Source of the DNA: Schizochytrium sp. TIO01
Lineage: Eukaryota; Protista; Bigyra: Labyrinthulomycetes
Direction of reading: 5' to 3'
Assembly: GCA_004764695.1 (NCBI GenBank)
Contig: SMSO01000005.1
Coordinates: 248,001-312,000, forward strand
DNA length: 64,000 nt
Below, piece by piece: positions 1 to 20,392 of this stretch. Both the position numbers and the translations under genes were made by a program. The notes beneath the pieces were generated by a model. It worked only from the letters and a program-made list of their open reading frames with translations. It searched no databases and was not told the origin of the DNA. Each line of letters begins with the position of its first letter. Within the stretch, counting starts at the first letter, position 1.

Positions 1-8810
<8,810 letters not shown>

Positions 8811-9092
8811 GAGGTTCAGAATGAGATTTCGACATATTTAAAAAGAATTTAGGGCAACACTGCGGTATGGCGCAAAGCCGTTGAGGATGCAATTCATGGG
8901 AATGATGAGCATGCTTGGGGCCGAGCGAAACTGATGATCGTGGGACAGGGAGCTGCGGGAAAGACTTTCATCGTGCGGTCTCTGCTCGGTAGGCCTTAAG
9001 TAGCTGAGCATGTTTCGACGGAAGTTGCGGACGTACATCGGACTCGTGCGAAGGACTTTAAAGAGCTACCTGACGATGCTCAGGAATTTGAC

Positions 9093-11297
9093 ATGCAAGT
9101 TCGGAAAGCTGCGCTTCGTCGCATTCGCCCAGAAGCTGACGTAAAGCATAAAAGCATTCGAAGAAGCATTGCTCGCACGATCCGAAAATCTGCGAAGCGT
9201 GTCAGTAGTAGGTTGTCGGGAACACCTGCAAGCGGATCTGTGCCACGAGATGCTCCGGCAAGCGAGGAAGTTCTGACAAACGAAGATGAGATTGCCAGGC
9301 GTTTTGAGTTGACAAAAGACGATAAGAAAATGCTTCAAAAGGCCTCTGGTGTTGATGCATCTCTAGATTTTGATTTGAGCTTTACAATTTGGGACTACGG
9401 AGGTCAGGAGGTGTTTTATGCTCTACATCACATATTTCTTACCAATATGGGAATTTATCTCGTTGTTTTTGATATGCAGGAGCTCTTGAATGATCAGTCA
9501 AGATCTAACGCTGTTGAGTACTTGCGCTTCTGGCTGAACAGTATTCAACTCCATGCACCTGATTCACCAATTATAATGGTCGGAACCTACCTCGATAAGG
9601 TTAGAGATGAGAAAAGCCTCGACAAAATTGCACGAGTTCTACGGGAAGATGTTCGCATTGGAGATTACACAGGATGCCTAGTTTATAATCCCAACGGTCG
9701 ACCGTTTTACGAACTAGATAATAGTAGTCCTGATTTGAATCGCGCAGCGCAGTTACGCCAGGTAATTGTGGATGAAGCTATGAAACAAGATTACGTTAAG
9801 CAGAAAGTGCCTCTTGCCTGGCTAAAAGTACATGAGGATTTACTTCAGCAAAAAAAGTCATATCTTATGTATGATGATGTGGTCAATCTTGCCGCTCTGT
9901 ATGGTCGCAGCCACGAGGATGTGGATGAGATGTTACTCTACTTCCATACGCTTGGCGTTGTGGTTCACCTGTGTAGCACTGAGGCCCTGCAACGTGTGGT
10001 CATCTTGGAACCGCAGTGGCTTCTTGATAAGCTAGCTCGAGTTATCGCTGATGACATTCATGTACAGCAGATGTATCGAAATCGTGATTTGAGGAATGCA
10101 GGTGTGGATAAGGACTTTTATCGTCTGCGTCGCGATGCAATTGCAACACATAGTCTCCTTGAGTTTCTGTGGGAAGGTGAAGAAGTCGAATATCTTATTC
10201 GCTTCATGCGAGAGAATTTGCTACTTAGTGACTGGGTGTACAATCGCAAGGCAAAAGAGTCTGAGTACCTTGTCTCAGGTCTATTGTCAGACTCGCAGCG
10301 CCATGTGGACACGAGCAAATTCAAGCCTGGATTGACTTGTGAACTTGATTTCTCTGAATTTTACCTACCCAACGGAGTTTTTCAGCGCCTTGTCGCACAG
10401 TGTGCTTCGCATGCAGCAAGACCTGATATAAGAGGGACAGCGCCTCTTGTACCACCTGCTCTAGATCAACACACAGCGAGACTCGCATTTGGACGTGATA
10501 GCTTTCTATTGCGTACGCAAGGCGACTCAATTCGTATTGAAATTCACGAAAGTGCAAAGACCCCAGCAACCGTAATGAAAGTTTTGATCTCGATGTTTCG
10601 AGAGCAAGAGGAAGTTCTCTTTAAGCACCTCATGTGGGATCTCATCCTTATTGGCCCGGATTCAGATGAAAGAATCGTTTACAGTGACCTTGAGGAGGCA
10701 CGGATTTCAGGCGAAACAGAGATTGTTAGTGTGGATGGTATTATAGTTTCTGTTGAGGAATTTGGACCATTTTTCGACGAAAATATTGGCCGCCTTGATA
10801 CAGATGAGGATGGAATGAATTTGCCATCTTACGAGATTCCAAAACTGAGGAATGGCGAGGAAAGCCACGTGTTTTTGAGCCATGTAGAGTCCACCGGAGG
10901 CAATCTTGCTGAGTTGTTGTCCGAGAAGTTATCTCATCGAGGACTCAAAGTTTGGCTTTCTCAAGAGTACCATGGAAACTTGAACCAGGGCGCAATGAAG
11001 TCTGGCGTACAGAAGGCACATGTATATGTCCTTGTGTTGACGAAAGGTATATTTGCTAGTTCTGCTGTGTGCATGGAGTTTCAAGCCGCAGTTGACGCAA
11101 ACAAGCCCATTCTTCTTGTGCACGAGTCTGATTCTCTGCGTACTAGTTTTGCACCATTTAGTGAGTACATCAACACTGTTCCCGCGTTTTATCCTGATCT
11201 GTTCAAAGATATAGAATCATTGCCGGTGCGACGCAGATATTATGAGCAAGAGGCATTTTTGACAGAGTTGATTCGCCGTCATAATCAGACCTACTAA
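9093..11297 (+). CDS. Open reading frame for the C-terminal part of ROC, COR and an intact TIR domain of ROCO copy A
   Basis: 734-aa ORF containing TIWDYGGQEVFYALHHIFL (ROC G3), COR, and a TIR_2/SARM1-like domain from ~10866 with the conserved Glu (GAG 11076-11078). It lacks the P-loop, which lies upstream of TAA 8997. Confidence 0.75.
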   Translation: MQVRKAALRRIRPEADVKHKSIRRSIARTIRKSAKRVSSRLSGTPASGSVPRDAPASEEVLTNEDEIARRFELTKDDKKMLQKASGVDASLDFDLSFTIWDYGGQEVFYALHHIFLTNMGIYLVVFDMQELLNDQSRSNAVEYLRFWLNSIQLHAPDSPIIMVGTYLDKVRDEKSLDKIARVLREDVRIGDYTGCLVYNPNGRPFYELDNSSPDLNRAAQLRQVIVDEAMKQDYVKQKVPLAWLKVHEDLLQQKKSYLMYDDVVNLAALYGRSHEDVDEMLLYFHTLGVVVHLCSTEALQRVVILEPQWLLDKLARVIADDIHVQQMYRNRDLRNAGVDKDFYRLRRDAIATHSLLEFLWEGEEVEYLIRFMRENLLLSDWVYNRKAKESEYLVSGLLSDSQRHVDTSKFKPGLTCELDFSEFYLPNGVFQRLVAQCASHAARPDIRGTAPLVPPALDQHTARLAFGRDSFLLRTQGDSIRIEIHESAKTPATVMKVLISMFREQEEVLFKHLMWDLILIGPDSDERIVYSDLEEARISGETEIVSVDGIIVSVEEFGPFFDENIGRLDTDEDGMNLPSYEIPKLRNGEESHVFLSHVESTGGNLAELLSEKLSHRGLKVWLSQEYHGNLNQGAMKSGVQKAHVYVLVLTKGIFASSAVCMEFQAAVDANKPILLVHESDSLRTSFAPFSEYINTVPAFYPDLFKDIESLPVRRRYYEQEAFLTELIRRHNQTY

Positions 11298-11874
11298 TTT
11301 TATAAATTGTATCGCATTATTATCCTTGGGCCAGAGGCAGAGAATGAATTTTGACAGTTTCTATTGTAGATGTCTGGGTTGCTTGAGAACCCATAAACAA
11401 GCTCATCCCCAGTGTGAGCGAACTTCCGTCGATGATTTGTTCACTTCTTTTGAAGAAATAGGTCACATTTCTGCAGCACAAATTAGAGACCAATAACTAA
11501 TCTGTGAGCAACCAAAAAGACTTCAAACTCATAAAACTGTCATCATACAGAAGGCAGGTATTTTGGACAGATAATTTTTTTAAACTGTGAAGGCTATGTG
11601 GATACATCTCATTCAGCACAGCAACGTTTGAAGCCTTGAAGGTGAAGCAAATCACACCTGGGGTTGATTGTTTAAAATCTAAGCAACCAGACAAGCAAAA
11701 CACCATAAATACTTCGAAATACGTCACAATTCTCCGTTAAATAGAATTTAGACGACCCATGTTCACGCTTTGGCAATCCTGTGAACATGAAGTTGCTCAT
11801 CATCACCTGCACTGAATATACTTGCATGTGCAGTTGATAAATACGGCAAAGCTCTAGAAAGGCCCAAGATGCGG

Positions 11875-12680
11875 CTAGACTCGCAAAGCTTCTCTGCCGG
11901 TTGTCATTTCCCCAATGTCAAAACTCACCGTTATCAGGCTCTGAGCAAATAAGGTCTGCGAAGCTCTTGCCAAAGGAAACTGTTCTATCATTCGGTTGCT
12001 CTTATTTCTGTGTTCTTGAAAACACCTAATTGTCAGATCCGAGGCCCTATCGATCATGCATATCTTCCAAGGGCCCTTACTAGTTACGCATGATTTATCC
12101 ACAGAGACTTCAAGTCCTCATGAACCGTGACCTCCAAGGTCATCCGTCGACACCTCTGTGTTTCGCAAATCGAATGTCTTAAGTTCTCAACTTGCAGCAG
12201 TAGCCAGGATCTCTAGCCAGGATCTCTATCGCAGTCATGTGCCCGACTGTAATGAAGTCTCTGACTTAATGCAAGGTCATCATACCTACCGTTCTTTGCG
12301 CCCGTCGTCGCAAGGTTATTTATTCCTCGGCCCAAAGCTGGTCGCTGTGAGCTCTTGCGAGTGACCAAAGAGTTTATGTACTACCTGCTGTAACTCTATA
12401 TCCCACACAAAACCGCACTTGTCTTTTCCACAGTACGCAATGAAGCTGCTGTCTGAGCTCACAGATACGTCTACGAGCTCGTTGCCACGTAGGCCCGCAA
12501 AAGCCGCAACTTGCCGACCCTGTGCTGCATCTCGCAGTGGATTGTGCAACCGCACGGGCTTGTCAGCGCTGGTTGTTAATTCATACTTGCCTGCGAAACA
12601 GGCAGCAAGCACTGCGGCGCGGTGAGATTTCCACGCTCTCGTGGAACCGCTATGCAATTTTGAGTTTTGCTTCTCTATTA
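11875..12680 (-). pseudogene. Degraded WD40-repeat gene, WDR83/MORG1-like
   Basis: ORF 12316-12849 contains HRAAVLAACFAGKYELTTSADKPVRLHNPLR...ELVDVSVSSDSSFIAYCGKDKCGFVWDIELQQVVHKLFGH, which parallels my recollection of WDR83 (LTCGSDKTLKLWNPLR...VVLWDVASGQVVRKFRGH). The continuation is broken by stops and frameshifts (fragment 11875-12102). Confidence 0.7.
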
Positions 12681-15256
12681 GAATATCTACCTGCTTATGG
12701 ACAACCAGACACGTGATTATTACAAAACCCTTTTGTTCATTGTGAGGAACAAGCTCGTGGTTGCGAAAAAGCTCAGTTCGATACACGAGGCAGAAATTTG
12801 GTTTAAGGAATGGTTCAGTTGGCTCATCTAGACTTTTTGCTGAATGCAAGGAGACTAGGTACGGCCTCGTGGTGCGAATAATGTTGGGCTCGAAGCTCCA
12901 AGAGTTTCATGAAAGAGGCTTCGGAAAACCTTCCCTGGAAAACATGCGTGAAGACGTACGTGAAAATGTCCCAAACCCTAATAAATTGGCTCGCAATGTC
13001 TTTTTTAAAAGTGATCGCTTCTTCAAAAGCTGTTGTTCGCTAAGGAAGGCTCAGATATTCGAAGAAACAGTGTAGCTTTGTTGAAAATCCTAGAGGTGTG
13101 AGAGGAGATTTAAAAAATGAAAGAAAGAAAACTGATCAACAATTGTATTCATAATAATGTTCAAATGATATGCCCCTTCATCTCGCAAGAAAATATGATG
13201 CAAGAATAAAAAATGATGAAAACCTCGAGATGAAGAGAGGAGATGAGAAAGGAGAAATAGCACGAGCTATGAGAGATTAAAAATATGAACAGCCCTCTGA
13301 AACTTTTCTAACACCAGTTCCAGACCGCCGCCCTTGGTAGTCATAGAAACCTGCGTAGGTCTAAAAAGTTCAATGGTGACCCGGGTTCACGATCAGTGCA
13401 AAACGAGTTCTTGTAAGCCAGATAATCGCATCAGTGGGGTGCTGGTGGAAGGTAGCGTTAATTATAGATGTAAGAGAGGCATTCGAGAAGGATAAAAAGA
13501 TTATTGGCCATGTCCAGCGCTTTACTACTTATGATATATGTTCGCTTACGAGCAGGAGCTTCGATTATTAAAGACTATCTTGCGGAGAACAAATGTAGTG
13601 CAGACAGTATTATGTATGAGTCGCTCCTAAGGAATAGTGTTTGGCACGTCCTAGAGCTTAAAATGAACCAGAACGTATGATGTAGTAGCCAACAAACCTG
13701 ATAAAATCGTACAGAAAAGGTTCACCATGCGGAGGATACGTCGTCATCTTTAAGATAAAACCAAGTGCATAGGAGGGTATGGAACATCGATATTGACAAA
13801 AGCATATATTTCTGTCCGTAGTATGCACAAGTTGTATGTTGTGATGGTTCATTCAATCTATCCAAAGAGTACACAGAATGCTCCCAAGTCGCCACAGTTG
13901 GAGATTGCGATGACATGAGTTCATGCCCTAATTATAGCATTCTTTGACAAAGCTTTTGATCAGCGACAGTGTTCACATCCTTTCTGCTGGTTGCATCTTT
14001 ACTTCCTAACATGTTCTAGCATTCCACTTGTTCGAGTATCCTCTGCGCCAACATGGAGTCTGCAACTGTGATTCCTTCTTTAAAGAAGGGTTTCTCCAAG
14101 AACTTGTCCAAGATCCGTCCCTGTTGCTCATGACCTAACTTCGATGAGAACGAATTCAGGTACCACTTGTTCATGGCTTCGAATCAATATGATGTATGCT
14201 CTTCTGCTGTGCATTCTTAATGGCACCCACCCCCGTACCAATGGACGTTCGTTTCATCAGCATTGAGACTACCTCAGAGCTATTGCTTCTCGCAGGCACA
14301 ACAAATTAAAAGGAACTTAAAGATGCTCTAGAGGTACTCTAAATATCTAAGCGAAACCCTTTTTAGTAAAATGGATCATAGTGCAGGTTTAATCTGGTCA
14401 GCGCGGAAGAGACTCTACTGCATTCCTGTCAAATCCATCCCACCAGCGTGGCGCCGCATCAGTGCTGCAATGATCATCGCAGCTACGCTCAGTTTAACTT
14501 CGAGTTATTCACTCATAATGATAATGGCTCGAACAACTTCTTTGTTAACTATCAGCATCTAAAACAAACTAGCGATACACACGCCCCATACGATGGCCTG
14601 GCTTCAAAGTCTCATCAAAGGAGCACGGCATGAAAGTCCCTGTCATGCCTACGATTGTGAAGTCAATAAGCACCGTCGCTTCACCTCTCTCCAATCACCA
14701 GACGCAACAAACCTCACCGCGGGTGCATATCTCCTTGCATTCTGCACGAATTGAGGGATCTCAGTCATTGCCGCGCTTCAAGGCTTCACCGCTGATAATC
14801 TACATTGCGTTTTCCTTATCATGATGTCTTATATTTCTTCAAAAGGTCATACACTTTACTATAAGTTAAATATGCAGATCATTACGAATCCAGCATGCTT
14901 CGAGGAATTCTCTTCAATCTCTTTCGAAAGCAAAATGTTGATCTCAGAGAAGTAAGGACAAATACGTTGAAATGGATCTCTACTACTCATCTAGTGATAA
15001 CACCTTTTAAAAATCGGGAGCACTCAAGGACTAAGTACTCTTATGATAAACTGTAATGAATCAGCACATGTGCACGCACTCGCAAAACTTCTGCATCAAC
15101 ACACGTAGAAAACCGCGCAGCAAAACCTCAAGCTTCGAAAGCTTCAAGCTGTCTCACCAGGCCTAGCAGACACATAAGAGATACGCGTGCTTCAATCAAA
15201 ATCGAAAACCTTTACCTCAAAAGCTCGGGCTTGTAGAAGCAGATAGATTCTTAGGG

Positions 15257-18200
15257 ATGTCTAACCATCCAACTGTCGTGGATGCGCTTCGTGACCTACG
15301 GCAGGGTGCAACAAGCTTAAGGTAGGTTCTCATCATCAAGTCTATTCATTTTATTGATTAAATTAGAGCGTCTTCTACAAGTAAAATGCCAGAGCACGAC
15401 ACATGGAATGCTGAAACCCAAGCCAACCCAAAGCCAAGCTCGATGACTGACGTTCATGCATGTATGCTTGCTCGCTTGCATGAGTTGCTTGCCATTATTC
15501 AATCAAATCAACAGTCTTTTGGGGAACAACATCGGCGATGAAGGCGCCAAAGCACTGGCTGCGGCGCTGAAAGAGAACCAGTCACTGACATCACTTTCGT
15601 AAGTTGGTTGTCTGTCATAGCAGCTCGTGGATAGGTTTGCTTGATTGTATATTGTTACTTCGTGCTATGGACAGATTTACCGTGCTATGCGATGCTATGT
15701 CATGCTATGCTATGCTGCGCTGTGGTGGTGTGTGTTGCTTGGTGGGTTGTTTGCATGTTGCCTGTTATTGCTGGTTGGATCGTCAGTTTCGACTGCGATT
15801 GTGGGTTTGAATCAAGATCCAACAATGCGCAAAATGCCAGAGCACGATACATGAAATGCTGAAACCCAAGCCAACCCAAAGCGAAGCTCGATGACTGACG
15901 TTCATGAATGTATGCATCCTCGCTTGCATGAGTTGCTTGCCATTATTCAATCAAATCAACAGTCTTCAATGGAACAACATCGGCTCAGAGGGCGCCAAGG
16001 CACTGGCTGCGGCGCTGAAAGAGAACCAGTCACTGACATCACTTGAGTAAGTTGGTTGTCTGTCTTAGCAGCTCGTGAATAGGTTTGCTCGCTTGCATAT
16101 GGGGCTTGTTGCCTGGTTTTCTTGTTTGCTTGTTATTTCGCACTATAGACTGGTTTACCGTGCTGTGCTATGCCATACTATGCTGCGCCGTGCTGATCTG
16201 GTCTGTGTTGGTTGGTGGTTGTTTGCATGTTGCCTGTGATTGCTGGTTGCGATCGCCACTTTCGACTGCGATGGTGTGTTTGAATCAAGCTCCAACAGTG
16301 CGCAAAATGCCAGAGCACGACACATGAAATGCTGAAACCCAAGCCAACCCAAAGCCAAGCTCGATGACTGACGTTCATGCATGTATGTTTGCTTGCTTGT
16401 ATGGGTTGCTTGCCATTCTTCAATCAAATCAACAGTCTTTTGGGGAACAACATTGGTTCAGAGGGCGCCAAGGCACTGGTTGCGGCGCTAAAACAGAACC
16501 AGTCACTGACATCACTTGAGTAAGTTGGTTGTCTGTCTTAGCAGCTCGTGCATAGGTTTACTCGCTTGCATATGAGACTTGTTGTCTCGTTTTCTTGTTT
16601 GCTTGTTATTTCGTGCTATGGACTAGTTTACCGTGCTGTGCTATGCTATGCTATGTCATGCTATGCTATGCTGCGCCGTGCTGGTCTGTGTTGGTTGGTG
16701 GTTTTTTTGCATGTTTCCTGCGACTGCTGGTTGCGATGGACAGTTTCGACTGCGATGGTGTGTTTGAATCAAGCCCCAACAATGCGCAAAATGCCAGGGC
16801 CCGGCACATGAAATGCTAACACCCAAGCCAACCCAAAGCCAAGCTCGATGACTGACGTTCATGAATGTATGCATGCTCGTTTGCATGGGTTGCTTGCCAT
16901 TATTCAATCAAATCAACAGTCTTTTGGGGAACAAGATCGGTGATGAGGGCGCCAAGGCACTGGCTGCGGCGCTGAAAGAGAACCAGTCACTGACATCACT
17001 AATGTAAGTTGGTTGTCTGTCTTAGCAGCTCGTGAATAGTTTTGCTTGCTTGTATATGGGACTTATTGCCTGGTCTTCTTCTTCGCGAGTTATTTCGTGC
17101 TATAGACTGGTTTCCCGTGCTGTACTGTGCTGCTATGCTATGCTATGCTGCGCCGTGCTGGTCTGTGTTGGTTGGTGGTTTGTTTGCATGTTGCCTGTGA
17201 TTGCTGGTTGCGATCGTCAGTTTCGACTGTGATTGTGTGTTTTAATCAAGATCCAACAATGCGCAAAATGCCAGAGCACGACACATGAAATGATGAAACC
17301 CAAGCCAACCTAGAAGCCAACCTCGATGACTGACGTTCATGTATGTATGCATGCTCGTTTGCATGGGTTGCTTGCCATTATTCAATCAAATCAACAGTCT
17401 TCAATGGAACAACATCGGCTCAGAGGGCGCCAAGGCACTGGCTGCGGCTCTGAAAGAGAACCAGTCACTGACATCACTTGAGTAAGTTGGTTGTCTGTCT
17501 TAGCAGCTCGTGAATGGGTTTGCTTGCATGTATATGGGGCTTGTTTCCTGGTTTCCTTGTTTGCGAGTTATTTCGTGCTGTAGACTAGTTTACTGTGCTA
17601 TGCTATGCTATGCTATGCTATGCTATGCTGCGCCGTGGTGGCCTGTGTTGCTTGATGATTTGTTTGCATGTTGCCTGCGAATGCTGGTTGCGATCATCAG
17701 TTTCGACTACGATTGTGTGTTTGAATCGAGATCCAACAATGCGCAGAATCCCAGAGCACGACACATGAAATGCTGAAACCCAAGCCAACCTAAAGCCAAG
17801 CTCGATGACTGACGTTCATGCATGTATGCATGCTCGCTTGCATGAGTTGCTTGCCATTATTTAATCAAATAACAGTCTTTTGTTGAATAGCATTGTCGAT
17901 GAGGCTCTGAATGAGATTGAGACATATTTAGAAAGAAATGAGGCCAACACTGCGGGATGGCGTAACGTTGTTGAGGATGCAATTTATGGGAATGATGAGC
18001 ATGCTTGGGGCCGAGCGAAACTGATAATCGTGGGACAGGGAGCTGCGGGAAAGACTTCCACCGTGCGGTCTCTGCTCGGTAGGCCGTATGTAGCTGAGCA
18101 TGTTTCGACGGAAGTTGCGGACTTGCATCGGACTCGTGCGAAGGACTTCGAAGAGCTACCTGACGATACTCAGGAATTTGACATGCAAGTTCGGAAAGCT

Positions 18201-20392
18201 GCGCTTCGTCGCATTCGCCCAGAAGCTGAAGTAAAGCATAAAAGCATTAGAAGAAGCATTGCTCGCACAATCCGAAAATCAGCTAATCGTGTCAGTAGTA
18301 GGTTGTCGGGAAGACCGGCAAGCAGATCTGTGCCACGAGATGCTCCGGCAAACGAAGAAGTTCTGGGAAACGAAGCTGAGGTTGCCAGGCGTTTTGAGTT
18401 GCCAAGAGATGATAAGGAAATGATTCAGAAGGCCTCTGGTGTTGATGCATCTCTAGATTTTGATTTGAGCTTTACAATTTGGGACTACGGAGGTCAGGAG
18501 GTGTTTTATGCTCTACATCACATATTTCTTACCAATATGGGAATTTATCTCGTTGTTTTTGATATGCAGGAGCTCTTAAATGATCAGTCAAAATCTAACG
18601 CTGTTGAGTACTTGCGCTTCTGGCTGAACAGTATTAAACTCTATGCACCTGAGTCATCAATTATAATGGTCGGAACTTACCTCGATAAAATTAGAGATGA
18701 GAAAAGCCTCGACACAATTGCACGAGTTCTACGGGAAGATGTTCGCATTGGAGATTACAGAAGGTGCCTAGTTTATAATCCTAACGGTCGACCGTTTTAC
18801 GAATTAGATAACAGTAGTCCTGATTTGAATCGCGCAGCGCAATTACGCCAGGTAATTGTGGATGAAGCTATGAAACAAGATTACGTTAAGCAGAAAGTGC
18901 CTCTTGCTTGGCTCAAAGTACACGAGGATTTACTTCAGCAAAAGAAATCATATCTCATGTATGATGATGTGGTCAATCTTGCAGCTCCGTACGGTCGCAG
19001 TCACGAGGATGTGGATGAGATGTTACTCTACTTCCATAAGCTTGGCGTTGTGGTTCACCTGTGTAGCACTGAGGCCCTGCAACGTGTGGTCATCTTGGAA
19101 CCGCGGTGGCTTCTTAATAAGCTTGCTCGAGTTATCGCTGATGACATGCATGTACATCAGATGTATCGAAATCGTGATTTGAGGAATGCAGATGTGGAGG
19201 AGGACTTTGATTGTTTGCGTCGCGATGCAATCGCAACACGTAGCATCCTTGCGTTTCTGTGGGAAGGTGAAGAAGTCGACTATCTTATTAGTTTTATGCG
19301 AGAGAATTTGCTACTGAGTGACTGGGTGTACAATCGCAAGGCAAAAGAGTCTGAGTACCTTGTCTCAGGTCTATTGTCAGACTCGCAGCGCCATGTGGAC
19401 ACGAGCAAATTCAAGCCTGGATTGACTTGTGAACTCGATTTCTCTGAATTTTACCTACCCAACGGTTTTTTTCAGCGTCTTGTCGCACAGTGTGCTGCGC
19501 ATGCAGCAAGACCTGATATAAGAGGGACAGCGCCTCTTGTACCACCTGCTCTAGATCGACACACAGCGAGACTCACATTTGGACGTAGCAAGTTTCTTTT
19601 GCGTGTACAAGTCCACTCAATTCGTATTGAAATTCACCAGAGCGCAAAGACCCCAGCAACTGTAATCAAATTTTTGATCTCGATGTTTCGAGAGCAGGAG
19701 AAAGTTCTCTTTAAGCACCTCAAGTGGGATCTCATCCTTATTGGCCCGAATTCAAAAGAAAGAATTGTTTACAATGCTCTTGAAAAGGCACGGAGTTCAG
19801 GCGAAACAGAGATTGTTAGTGTGGATGGTGATATAGTATCTGTTGCAGAATTTGCACCATTTTTTGACGAAAATATTGACCGCCTTGATACAGATGAGGA
19901 TGGAACGAATCTGCCATTTTACGATATTCCAAAATTGAGGGATGACGAGGAAAGCCACGTGTTTTGAAGCCATGTAGAGGCCACTGGAGGCAGTCTCGCT
20001 GAGTTGTTGTCCGAGAAGTTATCTCATCGAGAACTCAAAGTTTGGATTTCTCAAGAGTACCGTACCATGAAAACTTGAACCAGGACGCAGTGAGGTCTGG
20101 CTTACAGAAGTTACACGTAGATGTCTTTGTGTTAACGAAAGGTATATTTGCTAGTTCTGCTGTGTGTATGGAGTTTCAAGCCGCAGTTGACGCAAACAAG
20201 CCCATTCTTCTCATGTACGAGTCTGATTCTCTGCGCAGTAGGTTTGCACCATTCAGTGAGTACATCAATACTATTCCCGCGTTTTATCCTGATCTCTTCA
20301 AAGATATAGAATCATTGCCAGTGCGGCGCAGATATTATGAGCAAGAGACCTTTTACTCAGAGTTGATTCGCCGTCATAATCAGACCTACTAA
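15257..20392 (+). pseudogene. LRR-ROC-COR-(TIR) gene, copy B; complete 7-exon model, TIR disrupted
   Basis: Exon 1 is 15257-15321 (ATG, MSNHPTVVDALRDLRQGATSL, ends in phase 2 before gtaggt). LRR exons: 15515-15598, 15963-16046, 16436-16519, 16920-17003, 17398-17481. Terminal exon starts at 17876 with an intact P-loop GQGAAGKTS. TGA at 19965-19967 replaces the TTG of copy A at the TIR start, and a GTACC duplication at 20057-20066 shifts the frame. It could still encode LRR-ROC-COR ending at 19967. Confidence 0.88.
15384..17890 (+). repeat. Tandem exon+intron array B (5 LRR exons)
   Basis: Same unit as array A with B-specific intron variants (agcagctcgtg versus agcacctcgtgg) and (TGCTA)n expansions, e.g. 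17596-17629. Confidence 0.95.

Noticed and set aside
8850-8999. Stop-codon reassignment or alternative acceptors bypassing the copy A stops
   Set aside because: The stops correspond to different residues in copy B (Glu, Tyr), and TAA/TAG terminate normal genes here. The AG sites at the stops would give phase 0 or 1, incompatible with the phase-2 LRR exons.
13830-15250. Possible coding remnants between the two ROCO copies
   Set aside because: Only short interrupted frames with no identifiable homology.
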